64,000 bases of DNA from Candidatus Micrarchaeota archaeon (GCA_027046625.1 JALTXX010000016.1:5512-69511), one strand, 5' to 3'. Positions 9,697 to 19,801 are shown, numbered from the stretch's first letter. Made by a program: numbers and translations. The notes: a model not told the origin generated them from the sequence alone.

Positions 9697-9769
9697 TAGC
9701 CCCGCGGGGATTCGAACCCCGGTCACGGGAGCCAAAGTCCCGCATGCTTGACCACTACACCACGGGGCT
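9697..9769 (-). tRNA. tRNA-Gln(TTG)
   Basis: acceptor AGCCCCG/CGGGGCT, T-loop GGTTCGAATCC, anticodon loop CTTTGGC. Confidence 0.8.
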
Positions 9770-9790
9770 TCCCAAAATATAAAGGGGAAG

Positions 9791-10000
9791 TTAAGGTATT
9801 TCAAACCTGTTGTAAAATGCAATGTCATCTATGAGGATGGTAGAGGATAGCATTACTGTTCTGCAGCAGTACCTTTTTATGTTAAGGTCCTCAAACACTT
9901 TCTTTGGATCCTCTCCTCTTTGGGTTCTCCTCTGAAATTCAAGGAATATTTTCCCTCCTATGGGCTTTCCACATGTGAAGCATCTAACGGGGGGTAACAT
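9791..10000 (-). CDS. rpoN: DNA-directed RNA polymerase subunit N (Rpb10)
   Basis: start trimmed to MLPPVRCFTCGK; zinc-binding CFTCGK ... CCR motif of RpoN. Confidence 0.85.
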   Translation of the reverse strand: MLPPVRCFTCGKPIGGKIFLEFQRRTQRGEDPKKVFEDLNIKRYCCRTVMLSSTILIDDIAFYNRFEIP

Positions 10001-10004
10001 GTTC

Positions 10005-10412
10005 TCACCTGTAGGATGTTTGCTTCTTTGCCCTCGCCTTTCTTCCAAGCGGCTTCTTGGGTTCTACCTGTCTTACATCATCTACTAAGAGAGTCCTGTC
10101 GTACTCCATGAATGTCTTTCTCAGTTTGTCTCCAAACACCTCTACGAGGGCCTTTGCTATGGCTCCTCGGGCTGCAACAGCCTGTCCCATAAATCCTCCA
10201 CCCTTTACGTTAACATAAATGTCCACCTTCTTCCCTAAGTCACCCGCAAGTATGAGCGGTTCTTCTATGAGCATGCGAACGTATTTGTTGTTTGTGTATG
10301 CATCTAGGAGGAATCCGTTTATTCTTATGATACCCTTCCCTGGATAGTACAATACCGCCCTTGCAACGGCGGATTTCTTCTTAGCTTTGGTGTTTATAAC
10401 TTTTCCCTTCAT
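10005..10412 (-). CDS. rps9: 30S ribosomal protein S9 (uS9)
   Basis: 135 aa; C-terminal KKQTSYR and GGGFMGQAVA motifs. Confidence 0.9.
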   Translation of the reverse strand: MKGKVINTKAKKKSAVARAVLYYPGKGIIRINGFLLDAYTNNKYVRMLIEEPLILAGDLGKKVDIYVNVKGGGFMGQAVAARGAIAKALVEVFGDKLRKTFMEYDRTLLVDDVRQVEPKKPLGRKARAKKQTSYR

Positions 10413-10813
10413 ATCTTGTCACCTAATTCTTTTGCTATATCTTTTAGGTATACGTAACGGGAAGGCACCCTCACGGTTATGCCTATCTTCTTCCCCTCAA
10501 CCTTAACATTTCCTCGAAACACCTTTAACCGTTTCAGGAGCTTGCTCCTATCCTTTCTGTTTATCATGCCTGCAACAGCTTTTCTAAATATGCCCTCTAC
10601 AGTTCTAGGCCAGCGGGGTGTTTGTTTTATGGGGTTACCAAGAGTTCTGAGTTCATATCTGCGCTTGAATTTGGGAAGTACACCCCTCAATGTACCGGAA
10701 ATGATGACATTTTCCACGTTTATAACAGTTACAGGATACCCCCTTCTCAGAAGGGTTGCCACCTCCGATGCCAACCTCCCTAACGGTTTGTTTGAACCGT
10801 CTATTACTATCAT
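10409..10813 (-). CDS. rpl13: 50S ribosomal protein L13 (uL13)
   Basis: 134 aa; MIVIDGSNKPLGRLAS N-terminus typical of L13. Confidence 0.9.
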   Translation of the reverse strand: MIVIDGSNKPLGRLASEVATLLRRGYPVTVINVENVIISGTLRGVLPKFKRRYELRTLGNPIKQTPRWPRTVEGIFRKAVAGMINRKDRSKLLKRLKVFRGNVKVEGKKIGITVRVPSRYVYLKDIAKELGDKI

Positions 10814-11154
10814 GCTACAATCACCACCCCTTTACCCTCCGGAAAGGATTCCAGCATCTCTTCTATGCTTAAAATCCTTCCTCCAGCTTCCTCTATCCTT
10901 TTTCTTGCCTTTGGGGTAACCTTCCATGCAGCTACAGTAATGGCTCTCTCTACTTTTCCATCGCCCAGTAGAACTCCAGGTACTACAAATGTGTTTCCTT
11001 TTAGCTTGTTCAGCTTGTGCACATTTACAACAATCCTCTTCCTTGTAGGTCTACTGAGCAGCTCTGCCACCCTCTTCCATATGGGTTTCTTGGTCTTTTC
11101 CAAAGATACTATGAGGTTCCTGAGGTGTACATTTGTGGGTCCGGTTCGTTTCAT
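10810..11154 (-). CDS. rpl18e: 50S ribosomal protein L18e
   Basis: 114 aa; position between rpoD and rpl13 as in crenarchaeal operons; L18e-like sequence. Confidence 0.85.
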   Translation of the reverse strand: MKRTGPTNVHLRNLIVSLEKTKKPIWKRVAELLSRPTRKRIVVNVHKLNKLKGNTFVVPGVLLGDGKVERAITVAAWKVTPKARKRIEEAGGRILSIEEMLESFPEGKGVVIVA

Positions 11155-11867
11155 GAGAGATCACGCTCCACCTCTTCTAACATCTTTATCAATTCATCTG
11201 ATGCTGCCTCAATAAGGGATTTAAGATCCATATTGCCGTAGGTTTCCACGTACAGAATGAACTGATCGTCGTTTCTCTTTAGTGAAACGGTATCAGGATC
11301 CTCCTCTTGAATATCCTTTAAAAGGTTTAGCATTTCATCTGAAAGGCCAGCACTCGATGTGTTTTCTTCCTCTAAACGCTTCAAATCTATATCTACCTTC
11401 TTTTTTACCTCTGCTCTGTAGACATATCTGTAGGATGCCAGCCCAGCCTGCCACTTTGCATGCTCTGTGGCCTTCCCCATCTTTACCTTGGCTTCAAGTC
11501 TAATGCGCTGCCCATCCACCAACTTTACAATAATAATCTTTCCATCTACAGGTTTTACGGACGGATCTGTAGATTTTAGTTGTTCTGCATACACAACAGA
11601 GGGTCCTTCTGCTTCTAGAGAGAAGGTTACTTCGGTGTTTTCATCATACGTTCCGTATTCTGCCTTCAAAGGTATGAGTCCAAGTCTATGAGCTATAAAT
11701 TCATCCCAGAGAGGGGAGGTGTTCTCATATATGTATACATCCTCTATTGCAAGGGTAGGAACTTCTGAGATGACTGCTCTCCTAAATGCATTCATCAGTC
11801 CCACGTTTGCTCCCTTTACAAGGAATGTAGCACTCTCCTCATCCCTTGAGAGAAGCTCAGCCTTCAT
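11151..11867 (-). CDS. rpoD: DNA-directed RNA polymerase subunit D (Rpb3)
   Basis: 238 aa; RpoD-like N-terminus and conserved operon position. Confidence 0.88.
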   Translation of the reverse strand: MKAELLSRDEESATFLVKGANVGLMNAFRRAVISEVPTLAIEDVYIYENTSPLWDEFIAHRLGLIPLKAEYGTYDENTEVTFSLEAEGPSVVYAEQLKSTDPSVKPVDGKIIIVKLVDGQRIRLEAKVKMGKATEHAKWQAGLASYRYVYRAEVKKKVDIDLKRLEEENTSSAGLSDEMLNLLKDIQEEDPDTVSLKRNDDQFILYVETYGNMDLKSLIEAASDELIKMLEEVERDLS

Positions 11868-12244
11868 ACTCTTCTACCCCTTCTTCCACCTCTTCTCCTT
11901 GTTCCATCGTGAGGAATGGGTGTAACATCATGTATCCTCACGATCTTTAATCCCTGCCTTACAAGTTCCTTTATTGCGGCCTGAGCTCCTGGGCCTGGGG
12001 TTCTTGACTTATTACCTCCAGGAGCCCTCACCTTTACAATGACATACTGGAAACCTAACTCCTTTAGCCTTTGGGCTACCTTCTCTGTAGCCTTCATGGC
12101 TGCATAGGGTGTCCTCTTCTTCCTATCTGCATCTACCACCTGCCCACCGGATGATATGGCAATGGTTTCTGCACCTGTTAGATCTGTAGCATGAACGATG
12201 GTGTTATTCTTAGAGGAGAGTATGTGTACAACCGCAACTTTCAA
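11864..12244 (-). CDS. rps11: 30S ribosomal protein S11 (uS11)
   Basis: 126 aa; [16 protein letters not shown] motif. Confidence 0.9.
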   Translation of the reverse strand: MKVAVVHILSSKNNTIVHATDLTGAETIAISSGGQVVDADRKKRTPYAAMKATEKVAQRLKELGFQYVIVKVRAPGGNKSRTPGPGAQAAIKELVRQGLKIVRIHDVTPIPHDGTRRRGGRRGRRV

Positions 12245-12762
12245 GCTTCAGCCACCTCCTGCTGAGACTGTTGAGAAGTAAACTTTACATAATCCTCCAT
12301 GTGGGGATCTACGCGTATGTACTCTTCTTCTCCCCTCTTAACCCAATAAGAGGGGATAGTAACCCTTCTATCACCCACAAACACATGCCCATGTACTATA
12401 AACTGACGTGCTTGCTTTACGGTTCTGGCATAACCCTTCCTCCACACTATGGTTTGGAGCCTCCTTTCAAGGAGGTCTTGAACAGTGAGGGAAAGCACAT
12501 CATCTAAAGTTGCATTTTCTGGTAGCAAACCCAGCCTATATAACCTCTTTAGGAGCTCTTTTTCTCTTCTTTCCTTCTCCTCTCCTGAAAGTGGTAGAAG
12601 AGATCGGGCAATTGCTCTTATTCTTCTAAGTTCTGCCTGCACTCTCCACAGCTCTTTTTTGTTTTTTAGCCCGTATAACTTCATAAGTCTCCTTTCCTCT
12701 ATAATCCTCTTTTTATCCCATCTTTTGAAGGGTCTTACCCATTTCTTCCTCAATCTCCTCAC
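12241..12762 (-). CDS. rps4: 30S ribosomal protein S4 (uS4)
   Basis: 173 aa; uS4-like sequence, operon position. Confidence 0.9.
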   Translation of the reverse strand: MRRLRKKWVRPFKRWDKKRIIEERRLMKLYGLKNKKELWRVQAELRRIRAIARSLLPLSGEEKERREKELLKRLYRLGLLPENATLDDVLSLTVQDLLERRLQTIVWRKGYARTVKQARQFIVHGHVFVGDRRVTIPSYWVKRGEEEYIRVDPHMEDYVKFTSQQSQQEVAEA

Positions 12763-12766
12763 GTTA

Positions 12767-13225
12767 TCATCTCCTCTTTCTTCCTACCACGGATATCTTA
12801 TTCCTCCTCGGATGGGAGCGGGTTCTTTGTCCTCTGACCTTTAGACCTCTTGCTAGTCTTATACCTCTCCTTGTTCCTATTTCAAGGAGGTGTTTCTTAA
12901 CTGTAATGATGTGAGTCTCGAGGTCTGTTCCGATATAGTGGGTATCCTTACCACTTTCTATATCTCTTGGGCTGTTAACAGCCCATCCTGGAATGCCATA
13001 CTTTGTAGGATTCCTCACTATATCCTCCAGTGTTTTGTCCGCCTCCGGTGGCAGAAGCCCGAGAGGTTCTGAGGGGCTAATATTGAACTTTTCCTTTATA
13101 ATATAGGATAGCATACGGGCTAGATTGTGACCAACTCCTTTAATACCTCTCAGTGCTTGATAAACTGGTTTTGTTCCATCCAGATCGAAGCCTGCTATGC
13201 GGATGATGGTCCTTACCTCCGCCAT
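12767..13225 (-). CDS. rps13: 30S ribosomal protein S13 (uS13)
   Basis: start trimmed to MAEVRTIIRIAGFDLDG; IKGVGHNLA motif. Confidence 0.88.
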   Translation of the reverse strand: MAEVRTIIRIAGFDLDGTKPVYQALRGIKGVGHNLARMLSYIIKEKFNISPSEPLGLLPPEADKTLEDIVRNPTKYGIPGWAVNSPRDIESGKDTHYIGTDLETHIITVKKHLLEIGTRRGIRLARGLKVRGQRTRSHPRRNKISVVGRKRR

Positions 13226-13269
13226 AGAACCCCCTGTTGGTATATTGCCGTGGTTAGGGATTAAAAGGG

Positions 13270-14268
13270 TTATGAGGTTTGCTCCCCCCGACGCTTCCAC
13301 ATGGGAGGATACACACCTTTCTCCATGATTACTCTAAATGTATCGGCGATTACCCCTCTGTCCATTTCTAGCATTTCCTCTGTAGAGTAAAGGGAGTGTG
13401 CAAGCGCCACAAGTTCCCCCTTCTTTGTCATGAGAGCGATAAGAGCGTTAGGCTCTATACCTTCTTCTACTGATACAACTCCTTTTATGGTAAGATTAGC
13501 CCCATTTACGATAGATCCCACAGCGGAATCCCTGATTACAATCTTTGGAAGATGTTTGACGGCAACTTCCACGGGAAGAAGATATCTTCTTAGGAGCGAA
13601 TCATCCCCATCCTCTTTCCAAAAGTGATAGGCATCTGTTAGATCTTGTAGTGTAACAGCACCCCACTCATCCAACCCTCCTACCCTTGTTCTTCTTAGCT
13701 CTACCATGTGAGCTCCGGTTCCCAATACAAGGCCCATGTCATGGCAGAGTTTCCTTATGTATGTACCCGCCTCTACTCCACTTCTAAAAAGGACATAGGT
13801 ATCCATCTTTTCAAGGATGTTCAACCAGTATATTTCTCTTATTCTTAACCTTCTTTTGACGGAGGATTTCACGGGCGGGCGCTGGTATATCTTGCCCTTA
13901 AAAAGGGAAGCTACCCGCTTTACCTCCTCAAGGGAGGCATCTCTATGAAGCTTCATCACCCCGACGTACTCTTTCCCTGCATTTAAGAGTGCATATAATA
14001 CTTTAGTACCCCTGTTGATGCCTACTGGTAGAACACCCGTAACCCCTGGATCCAGCGTTCCGCTGTGGCCAGTTTTCTTAACGTTCAGGATCTTTTTTAC
14101 CCAGCTTGACACCTCATGAGAGGTGGGGCCTGGTGGTTTGTCCACATTTACAATAGAAGCTTGTAGAAGCTCTTCTACACTTCTCTCCTCAGGTGGTTTC
14201 CCCCAAGGACCCTCTGGCTCCTCAGATAATATATATACCTTTCTTTCCCGCTCCCAGGGAAATTTCAT
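13270..14268 (-). CDS. cbf5: H/ACA RNP pseudouridine synthase Cbf5 (TruB family with PUA domain)
   Basis: 332 aa; VNVDKPPGPTSHEVSSWVKKIL ... GHSGTLDPGVTGVLPV catalytic motif. Confidence 0.9.
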   Translation of the reverse strand: MKFPWERERKVYILSEEPEGPWGKPPEERSVEELLQASIVNVDKPPGPTSHEVSSWVKKILNVKKTGHSGTLDPGVTGVLPVGINRGTKVLYALLNAGKEYVGVMKLHRDASLEEVKRVASLFKGKIYQRPPVKSSVKRRLRIREIYWLNILEKMDTYVLFRSGVEAGTYIRKLCHDMGLVLGTGAHMVELRRTRVGGLDEWGAVTLQDLTDAYHFWKEDGDDSLLRRYLLPVEVAVKHLPKIVIRDSAVGSIVNGANLTIKGVVSVEEGIEPNALIALMTKKGELVALAHSLYSTEEMLEMDRGVIADTFRVIMEKGVYPPMWKRRGEQTS

Positions 14269-14430
14269 TTACTCACCTATGGGAAGGAGGTGTCTCTTGT
14301 TGAACCGCCTCTCCTTTATACCGTCACCCTTTGCCATTACGTAGAGGTCATCAATTACCTTGGTAACTTTTACTCTTTTGCCAGCATGTCTACCTCTCAG
14401 TACAATGCACTCCATCCCTTCCTTTATCAT
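14269..14430 (-). CDS. rpl14e: 50S ribosomal protein L14e (KOW domain)
   Basis: 53-aa ORF missed by the over-60-aa ORF track; translated by hand as MIKEGMECIVLRGRHAGKRVKVTKVIDDLYVMAKGDGIKERRFNKRHLLPIGE; abuts cbf5 start. Confidence 0.7.
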   Translation of the reverse strand: MIKEGMECIVLRGRHAGKRVKVTKVIDDLYVMAKGDGIKERRFNKRHLLPIGE

Positions 14431-14777
14431 GCTAACCACCCAATTGCACTCTCTACATAGGGTTTATACCTAATATCTAACTCCTCTATTTTCTTTGCAC
14501 CGCTCTTTACATATACTGCAAGCTCTATAACCTTTCTAGCGCAATTTGAGCAAAGGACGCCTCCAAATACTCTTTCCGGCCTTCTTTCACTTTTTGATAG
14601 CTTCCTTACCTGGGAAGGCGTTTTTCCATGTGGCACGCCAAATAGCTCATTACCACATATAGCACATTTGTGTTTTGAGGGCTTCTCCCTTCTAAACCTT
14701 ATTACTACTCTACCTCCTGGTGTTCTTACCTTAATCTTCTTTAGTCGCCTTTCCCTTGGTGCCGCCAAGGAGCACAC
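14427..14777 (-). CDS. rpl34e: 50S ribosomal protein L34e
   Basis: 116 aa; KVRTPGGRVV ... CAICGNELFGV ... CSNC zinc motif of L34e; exact start uncertain. Confidence 0.8.
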   Translation of the reverse strand: MCSLAAPRERRLKKIKVRTPGGRVVIRFRREKPSKHKCAICGNELFGVPHGKTPSQVRKLSKSERRPERVFGGVLCSNCARKVIELAVYVKSGAKKIEELDIRYKPYVESAIGWLA

Positions 14778-14997
14778 CTCCTATATTTCCTATGAATATC
14801 CAGACTGCCATCCACAGGATTGCGTTCACCTCCCCTAGCGGAGTGGATACCCTTCCTAGTTGAAGGGCCCACCATGCCACCCCTAGGAGGGGGATCGTTA
14901 TGAGTAAACGCTTGAGAACTATTTTATTTATTTCAGTGGTTGCTTTCTCCAACTCTTCATACCGTTCCTCCTTTAGCATGTTTATCATCTCTCTCAT
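14731..14997 (-). CDS. small predicted membrane protein
   Basis: 88-aa ORF with one hydrophobic stretch, between adk and rpl34e; overlaps rpl34e 5-prime end by 47 nt, so doubtful. Confidence 0.3.
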   Translation of the reverse strand: MREMINMLKEERYEELEKATTEINKIVLKRLLITIPLLGVAWWALQLGRVSTPLGEVNAILWMAVWIFIGNIGGVLLGGTKGKATKED

Positions 14998-15065
14998 CTT
15001 CTCCTCTGATCTACTCTTTATGGTGTAAATGCGAAGGAGGAAAGACGTTAGAAAGGAAATGATAG

Positions 15066-15629
15066 CTATAGTTGCTGCTTCCAGCGTAGTAGCACCTCCC
15101 TTAGTTCAGCTTTGGCATCTTCTAATTTACCTTCCCTGTTTTTTATTATGTAAACGGGGCATCCCTTCTTAACCGAGTAGACCATGCTTACTATTCTATT
15201 GAGGGATTGGTGAAGCTCTACGTCGGATTCTACACCTATTCCTCTCCTTCTGGGATCCCTATCCCTTCGGGATCTAATTTCTTCGGGATCTGCCTCCACT
15301 ATTACTATGAGAGAGATGGGTAATTCCTCCAGCACAAACTCTGGGAACCCTGGCATGAATCCTATTGGAGTTGCAATGGTTGCATGTGTATCTAGCAGCA
15401 TCGGCTTATCCATTTGGAGTACCTCCTTTGAGGCTATTCTATGGAGCTCCAAATAAGATTCTTCATCCAGAATCTCCCTTATCTTGTCTCTATCTTCTAT
15501 GTTGTGTAGTTTCTTTGCAAGCTCAAAGAATACATCCCCGTAGTTAACCACATTTATACCTATATCCTTTGCAGCCTCTGCCAAAGAGCTCTTACCAACG
15601 CCAGGAACCCCTAGGAGTAGTGCTATCAT
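15066..15629 (-). CDS. adkA: adenylate kinase, archaeal type
   Basis: 187 aa; P-loop GVPGVGKSS, DTHATIATPIGFMPGFP; follows secY as in archaeal spc operons. Confidence 0.8.
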   Translation of the reverse strand: MIALLLGVPGVGKSSLAEAAKDIGINVVNYGDVFFELAKKLHNIEDRDKIREILDEESYLELHRIASKEVLQMDKPMLLDTHATIATPIGFMPGFPEFVLEELPISLIVIVEADPEEIRSRRDRDPRRRGIGVESDVELHQSLNRIVSMVYSVKKGCPVYIIKNREGKLEDAKAELREVLLRWKQQL

Positions 15630-17011
15630 TGTAGCACCTTCTTTAGGGCAGGGTACATCTCCAATACACGCTCTCTCATGATAATCTCATAGTAGCGGTA
15701 GATGATGTCCACAGCAAGCAATATACCCATCCCACTTTCTAAACCTCTAAATACATCTGTAAACCCTGCAACCAGGCCCACAAAGGCAGAGCCAAGCACC
15801 GCTACCTTTGGAATATACTTTTCTAGGATCTTCTCCAGTACCCTTGGATCTCTTCTAAATCCGGGAATGGACATACCGGAGGAGGCCAGTTGTTGGGCTA
15901 TTTGTTGTGGCCCGTGTCCTGATAGTTCTATCCATAGCTTTCCAAAGGCAATGGCAGTAATGGTAAGGAGAAATATGTACACTATAGCATGGAACACGTA
16001 AAATGGTAGATTCTCTGTGATCACCCCGGTGGAGATAAACTTTACAATCTCATCCATGAGTTGGGTGGGTGGTTGCACAAAGTATGCTAACCCTCCCACC
16101 AACCTATACGACACACCACCCTCCGTGGTAACTTTCTCATATACACCAAGGATGGGTGAGAGAGGAGTATCCTTTGCAAGGAACGCCCAGAGCTGGATGT
16201 TGGCAAAAAGGGCTACCGCAAAGATTACAGGAATGTTTGAGAGGTAAAGCAGCCTTATGGGATACCTTCCTCCTATCCCTCTACCTATTGACATGGCAAT
16301 GGGGATGTCTATCCTTATCCCTTCTGCGTATATGATTATGAGAAATACGAGGAATGTTACGATGTATGGAATTAGGGCTGTCCACCACACGGGAGATCCT
16401 ACACTTATGGAGTTAAGGAGCGTCATAAGCTGGCTTTCGGGATGTATGCCAAATCCTCTCCAGAACAGGGATTTGGTAACATTTGCAGCTATGAAGAGGG
16501 AGATACCACTTCCTATACCCCACTTTGTAACAACTTCATCCAGGTAGATGAGTATAATAGAACCAAGTGCTATCTGAAGGATAAGAATCAGTTCCATGCC
16601 AGGATATGCGGTGAGGAACCCCGTCGAGGTGAAGATCCACGCCTCAAAGAAGGAGAAGAATACGGCAAGCAGCTTTTGTAGTCCCATAAAGGTTCTCCTG
16701 CCTTCCTCTGTGCGTATGTTTATATTTAGCATGCCGGACCCCACAAGAAGCTGGAGTATAATGGAAGCCACAACGATGGGCCCTATACCTATCGCAAGGA
16801 TGGATCCAAGATTGGAGGCGAGTATTACCTGAAAGGCCTCGGGAGCTTGACCACGTATTGATTGTAAACCATAAGGAGGTATATGAGAGAGGATGTAGAA
16901 GAGGATGAGCACACCCAAGGTCCAAAGAAGACGGGTTTTAAAGGGAGGCGGTATCTTTGGGGTCTCTACCTCTGGAAGAGATCTCCAAATGGGTTCAAGC
17001 CTTTCTATCAT
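15626..17011 (-). CDS. secY: preprotein translocase subunit SecY
   Basis: 461 aa polytopic membrane protein with SecY-like sequence, conserved operon position. Confidence 0.9.
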   Translation of the reverse strand: MIERLEPIWRSLPEVETPKIPPPFKTRLLWTLGVLILFYILSHIPPYGLQSIRGQAPEAFQVILASNLGSILAIGIGPIVVASIILQLLVGSGMLNINIRTEEGRRTFMGLQKLLAVFFSFFEAWIFTSTGFLTAYPGMELILILQIALGSIILIYLDEVVTKWGIGSGISLFIAANVTKSLFWRGFGIHPESQLMTLLNSISVGSPVWWTALIPYIVTFLVFLIIIYAEGIRIDIPIAMSIGRGIGGRYPIRLLYLSNIPVIFAVALFANIQLWAFLAKDTPLSPILGVYEKVTTEGGVSYRLVGGLAYFVQPPTQLMDEIVKFISTGVITENLPFYVFHAIVYIFLLTITAIAFGKLWIELSGHGPQQIAQQLASSGMSIPGFRRDPRVLEKILEKYIPKVAVLGSAFVGLVAGFTDVFRGLESGMGILLAVDIIYRYYEIIMRERVLEMYPALKKVLQ

Positions 17012-17388
17012 GCCTTTATCACCGCTTTACCTCCAGCCTTCTCAATCTTTTCCTTTGCCTTCTCTGAGAATTGAGGAGCTATAACCGTGAGGGGTGTGGA
17101 GATGGTGCCTCTGCCCAATACCTTATCATACCCTAATTTGGTTAAGTCTATTTCGTTGCCCTCTGCTATCCTTTCCAACTCCCCTACATTTATGGTTCTG
17201 AGGCTCTTCTTCTTTGGAGGTCTGAAACCCTTTCTTTCAATGGATAGTGAAAGGTGCTTCTTATGATCCCATGCACCTGCCCTTCCTCTGCCTCCCTTTA
17301 TACCCTTTCCTCTTCTATTCTTTGTATCTCCATGATAACTCCTATTTCCAAGCTTTTTCCTATACTTTGAACGTCTCCTTACTACCAT
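17008..17388 (-). CDS. rpl15: 50S ribosomal protein L15 (uL15)
   Basis: 126 aa; GKGIKGGRGRAGAWDH motif. Confidence 0.9.
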   Translation of the reverse strand: MVVRRRSKYRKKLGNRSYHGDTKNRRGKGIKGGRGRAGAWDHKKHLSLSIERKGFRPPKKKSLRTINVGELERIAEGNEIDLTKLGYDKVLGRGTISTPLTVIAPQFSEKAKEKIEKAGGKAVIKA

Positions 17389-17843
17389 TACATCATCCTC
17401 CTGAGTAGGGCATTGATCTCTTTTCCTCTATATCCAAGGTCTCCACCCACCCTGAAGGGTAGTTTTATGGATTTGTAGCCCTTTCTAGGTGGGTGGAGCC
17501 TGAAGGGATCAATATAGTCATGCAGTTTTAGCTTATTCTGGATAGCATTCTCTACAATATCATCAAATTTCATTTGGAAAAGAGATTCTAACTCTTCTTT
17601 TGAGAGCTTTCTGTTCCCTTTTTCTGCTCTTTTGAGCAGCAGGTCGGAAAGAGTATCCCTTTCTACTTCACCCCATGTAATGTAATCCTTTGATTTTTGG
17701 AGCATTCCTTTGTATACATCGGTTTCTGGTATTACAACAGCGTGGTTTATCCTAGTAAGTTTTAATCTTCTTAGAGTCTCCTTTATATCCCTCCTTACGC
17801 CGGTTCTACCCCTTATTCTAACCACTGCATATGCCATTACCAA
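17388..17843 (-). CDS. rpl30: 50S ribosomal protein L30 (uL30)
   Basis: 151 aa; YAVVRIRGRTGVRRDIKETLRRLKL N-terminus. Confidence 0.9.
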   Translation of the reverse strand: MVMAYAVVRIRGRTGVRRDIKETLRRLKLTRINHAVVIPETDVYKGMLQKSKDYITWGEVERDTLSDLLLKRAEKGNRKLSKEELESLFQMKFDDIVENAIQNKLKLHDYIDPFRLHPPRKGYKSIKLPFRVGGDLGYRGKEINALLRRMM

Positions 17844-18466
17844 TCCACCCCTACCTTGAGGAGATCTTCCTTCCTTAGTCGTGTGGAATAGGTCTTTTTG
17901 AGAGCATCTATGGTTGCAAGAGCAAAGTTAATGGTGGTGCGCGTGTTTCCGAACCCTTTACCCCACACATCCTTTATACCTGCGAGCTGTAGTACGGGTT
18001 TGATGGCATCTGCAACAGCCAGTCCTATACCTCTAGGAGCGGGCTTCAGCACCACTCTAACAGAGCCAGACTTGCCTTCTACCTGGAAGGGAATAGAGTG
18101 TGAGAGATTACATCCACACTCCCAGGATCCACACCCTCTTCTAACCCTTATGATATTTAGCTTTGCATCGTTTATGGCCTTCTCAAGTGCTATCCTCCTT
18201 TCTGACGCCTTCCCTATGCCTACACCTACATATCCATTCTCATTACCCACCACTACTGCTACCTGAAATGCCCTTCTCCTTCCGGAGTCTGTCACTCTTA
18301 CGGTTACCTTTGTATCGAGTATTACCCTCTTAAGGTTGGGAAGAAGAGTATCCACAATTTGCGGCTCTAGGAGCGGGAGATTTGTGGCTAGAGCTTCTTC
18401 CATGGAGTTTATCTGTCCGGATGCAACCATCTTACCTAGTTTAGTTTTTGGAACCCAGTCGCTCAT
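17837..18466 (-). CDS. rps5: 30S ribosomal protein S5 (uS5)
   Basis: 209 aa; VVVGNENGYVGVGIGKASE motif. Confidence 0.9.
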   Translation of the reverse strand: MSDWVPKTKLGKMVASGQINSMEEALATNLPLLEPQIVDTLLPNLKRVILDTKVTVRVTDSGRRRAFQVAVVVGNENGYVGVGIGKASERRIALEKAINDAKLNIIRVRRGCGSWECGCNLSHSIPFQVEGKSGSVRVVLKPAPRGIGLAVADAIKPVLQLAGIKDVWGKGFGNTRTTINFALATIDALKKTYSTRLRKEDLLKVGVDW

Positions 18467-19038
18467 CCTATCACCTTCTTCATCTCCTCTACATGTTTGG
18501 GTAGATCCTCGGGTTTCAGTCCCCTCTTAAGGTAGGAAGAGAACTGCTTTTCATACCTTTCGCTTCCTTGGAGGGAGGCAGCATACTCTGCAATATGCTT
18601 TCCTAATATCCTTTCCTCTGAGGGCAGCGCTTCCTCAGAGTGAGGGACATCCAAACCACCATCCAGAGCTCCCTTTAGCACAGCAAACACAGTGGACCCG
18701 TGAACGGGGGTGTGGCTGCCAATGTCTAGCACTGCCTTCTTCACACCCTTTTCTTTTGCCTTCTTTGCTATGAGAAGACCGAGTAAATAGCCAGCGGGTG
18801 TGTTTGCAGGGTGTCCCTTCCATCCCATCTTTATGAGCTCCCTGCTGTTAGTTTGGGCAATTATCCTGTCCCCTGTGGGAGAAAATTCTACGAGCTGGAC
18901 GATGATAGAATTGTTAAATACCCTTACAACTAGTCGAGGCTTACCACTCTTTATAAGGGCAATTCTTTTCCAATATCGAGTCTTCCCCTCTCTAATTCTT
19001 CTTAGCCCCACTCTATAGTGTGCTCCGCTTCCCATCAT
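18463..19038 (-). CDS. rpl18: 50S ribosomal protein L18 (uL18)
   Basis: 191 aa, L18/L5e family sequence. Confidence 0.9.
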   Translation of the reverse strand: MMGSGAHYRVGLRRIREGKTRYWKRIALIKSGKPRLVVRVFNNSIIVQLVEFSPTGDRIIAQTNSRELIKMGWKGHPANTPAGYLLGLLIAKKAKEKGVKKAVLDIGSHTPVHGSTVFAVLKGALDGGLDVPHSEEALPSEERILGKHIAEYAASLQGSERYEKQFSSYLKRGLKPEDLPKHVEEMKKVIG

Positions 19039-19469
19039 CTCTCCTCCAACAGTTCTGCAAGGTGGGCTTTGCTCCTAATGAATCCACCCTTTGCCTGTCT
19101 GTAGAGTCTTCTATAGAGGGAGCGTGATATTATACCCTTTGCTCTTAGAGTTTTAAGAGCCCTCCTTATGGCTCTTATCCTCCTCATCCAGTACTCTTTT
19201 CTGTCCATTCTAGCTGACGGCTTCCCTTTTCTAGACCCTGGACCCCTCCTTCTACCTTTTCTCTTCTTTTCTCTCCTCTCCCTTCTCCTGTGGCCCGCTT
19301 GACCCTCCTTTTGGAGTATCTTGATCACTCCCCTCTCTACCAATTTTCTCAGATCATCCTTTGTAAGGGCAGATTCTACCTCTTCTATCTTTGTAGGATC
19401 TATCCAAACTCTCTTCTTGCCTACTTCATATATTTGGGCCACTAACTCCCTTGCTCTCTCCACCTTCAT
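19035..19469 (-). CDS. rpl19e: 50S ribosomal protein L19e
   Basis: 144 aa; basic C-terminus, L19e-like sequence. Confidence 0.9.
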   Translation of the reverse strand: MKVERARELVAQIYEVGKKRVWIDPTKIEEVESALTKDDLRKLVERGVIKILQKEGQAGHRRRERREKKRKGRRRGPGSRKGKPSARMDRKEYWMRRIRAIRRALKTLRAKGIISRSLYRRLYRQAKGGFIRSKAHLAELLEER

Positions 19470-19801
19470 GGATTGATCACCCTTAAACCAAGTTCCTCAG
19501 CCCTCTTTAATATGAGTTCCCTTTTTCTTTTTCCTACTGTGCTACCAATCCTTACAACAACATTCTTTAACCCCTCAAGTTCCGAGGGGTTATATACTAT
19601 CACTTCGGGCATGCCAGAGGGATGCAAATATCTTAGATCTTTCCTGTTCCTGTAACCGATCTTTACTATTCTTCCTTTCTCCTTTCTTTCTACTCTCTTA
19701 GGAGAGTCTATACCCCTTGGTTTGCGCCAGCTCATCTTGAGCCTTCTCTTTCCAGGTGTTCTCTGCCTTATGAATCGAAACCTTCTTCTCTTCATCCCCA
19801 A
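19466..19801 (-). CDS. rpl32e: 50S ribosomal protein L32e
   Basis: 111 aa; SWRKPRGIDSPKR motif. Confidence 0.9.
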   Translation of the reverse strand: MGMKRRRFRFIRQRTPGKRRLKMSWRKPRGIDSPKRVERKEKGRIVKIGYRNRKDLRYLHPSGMPEVIVYNPSELEGLKNVVVRIGSTVGKRKRELILKRAEELGLRVINP

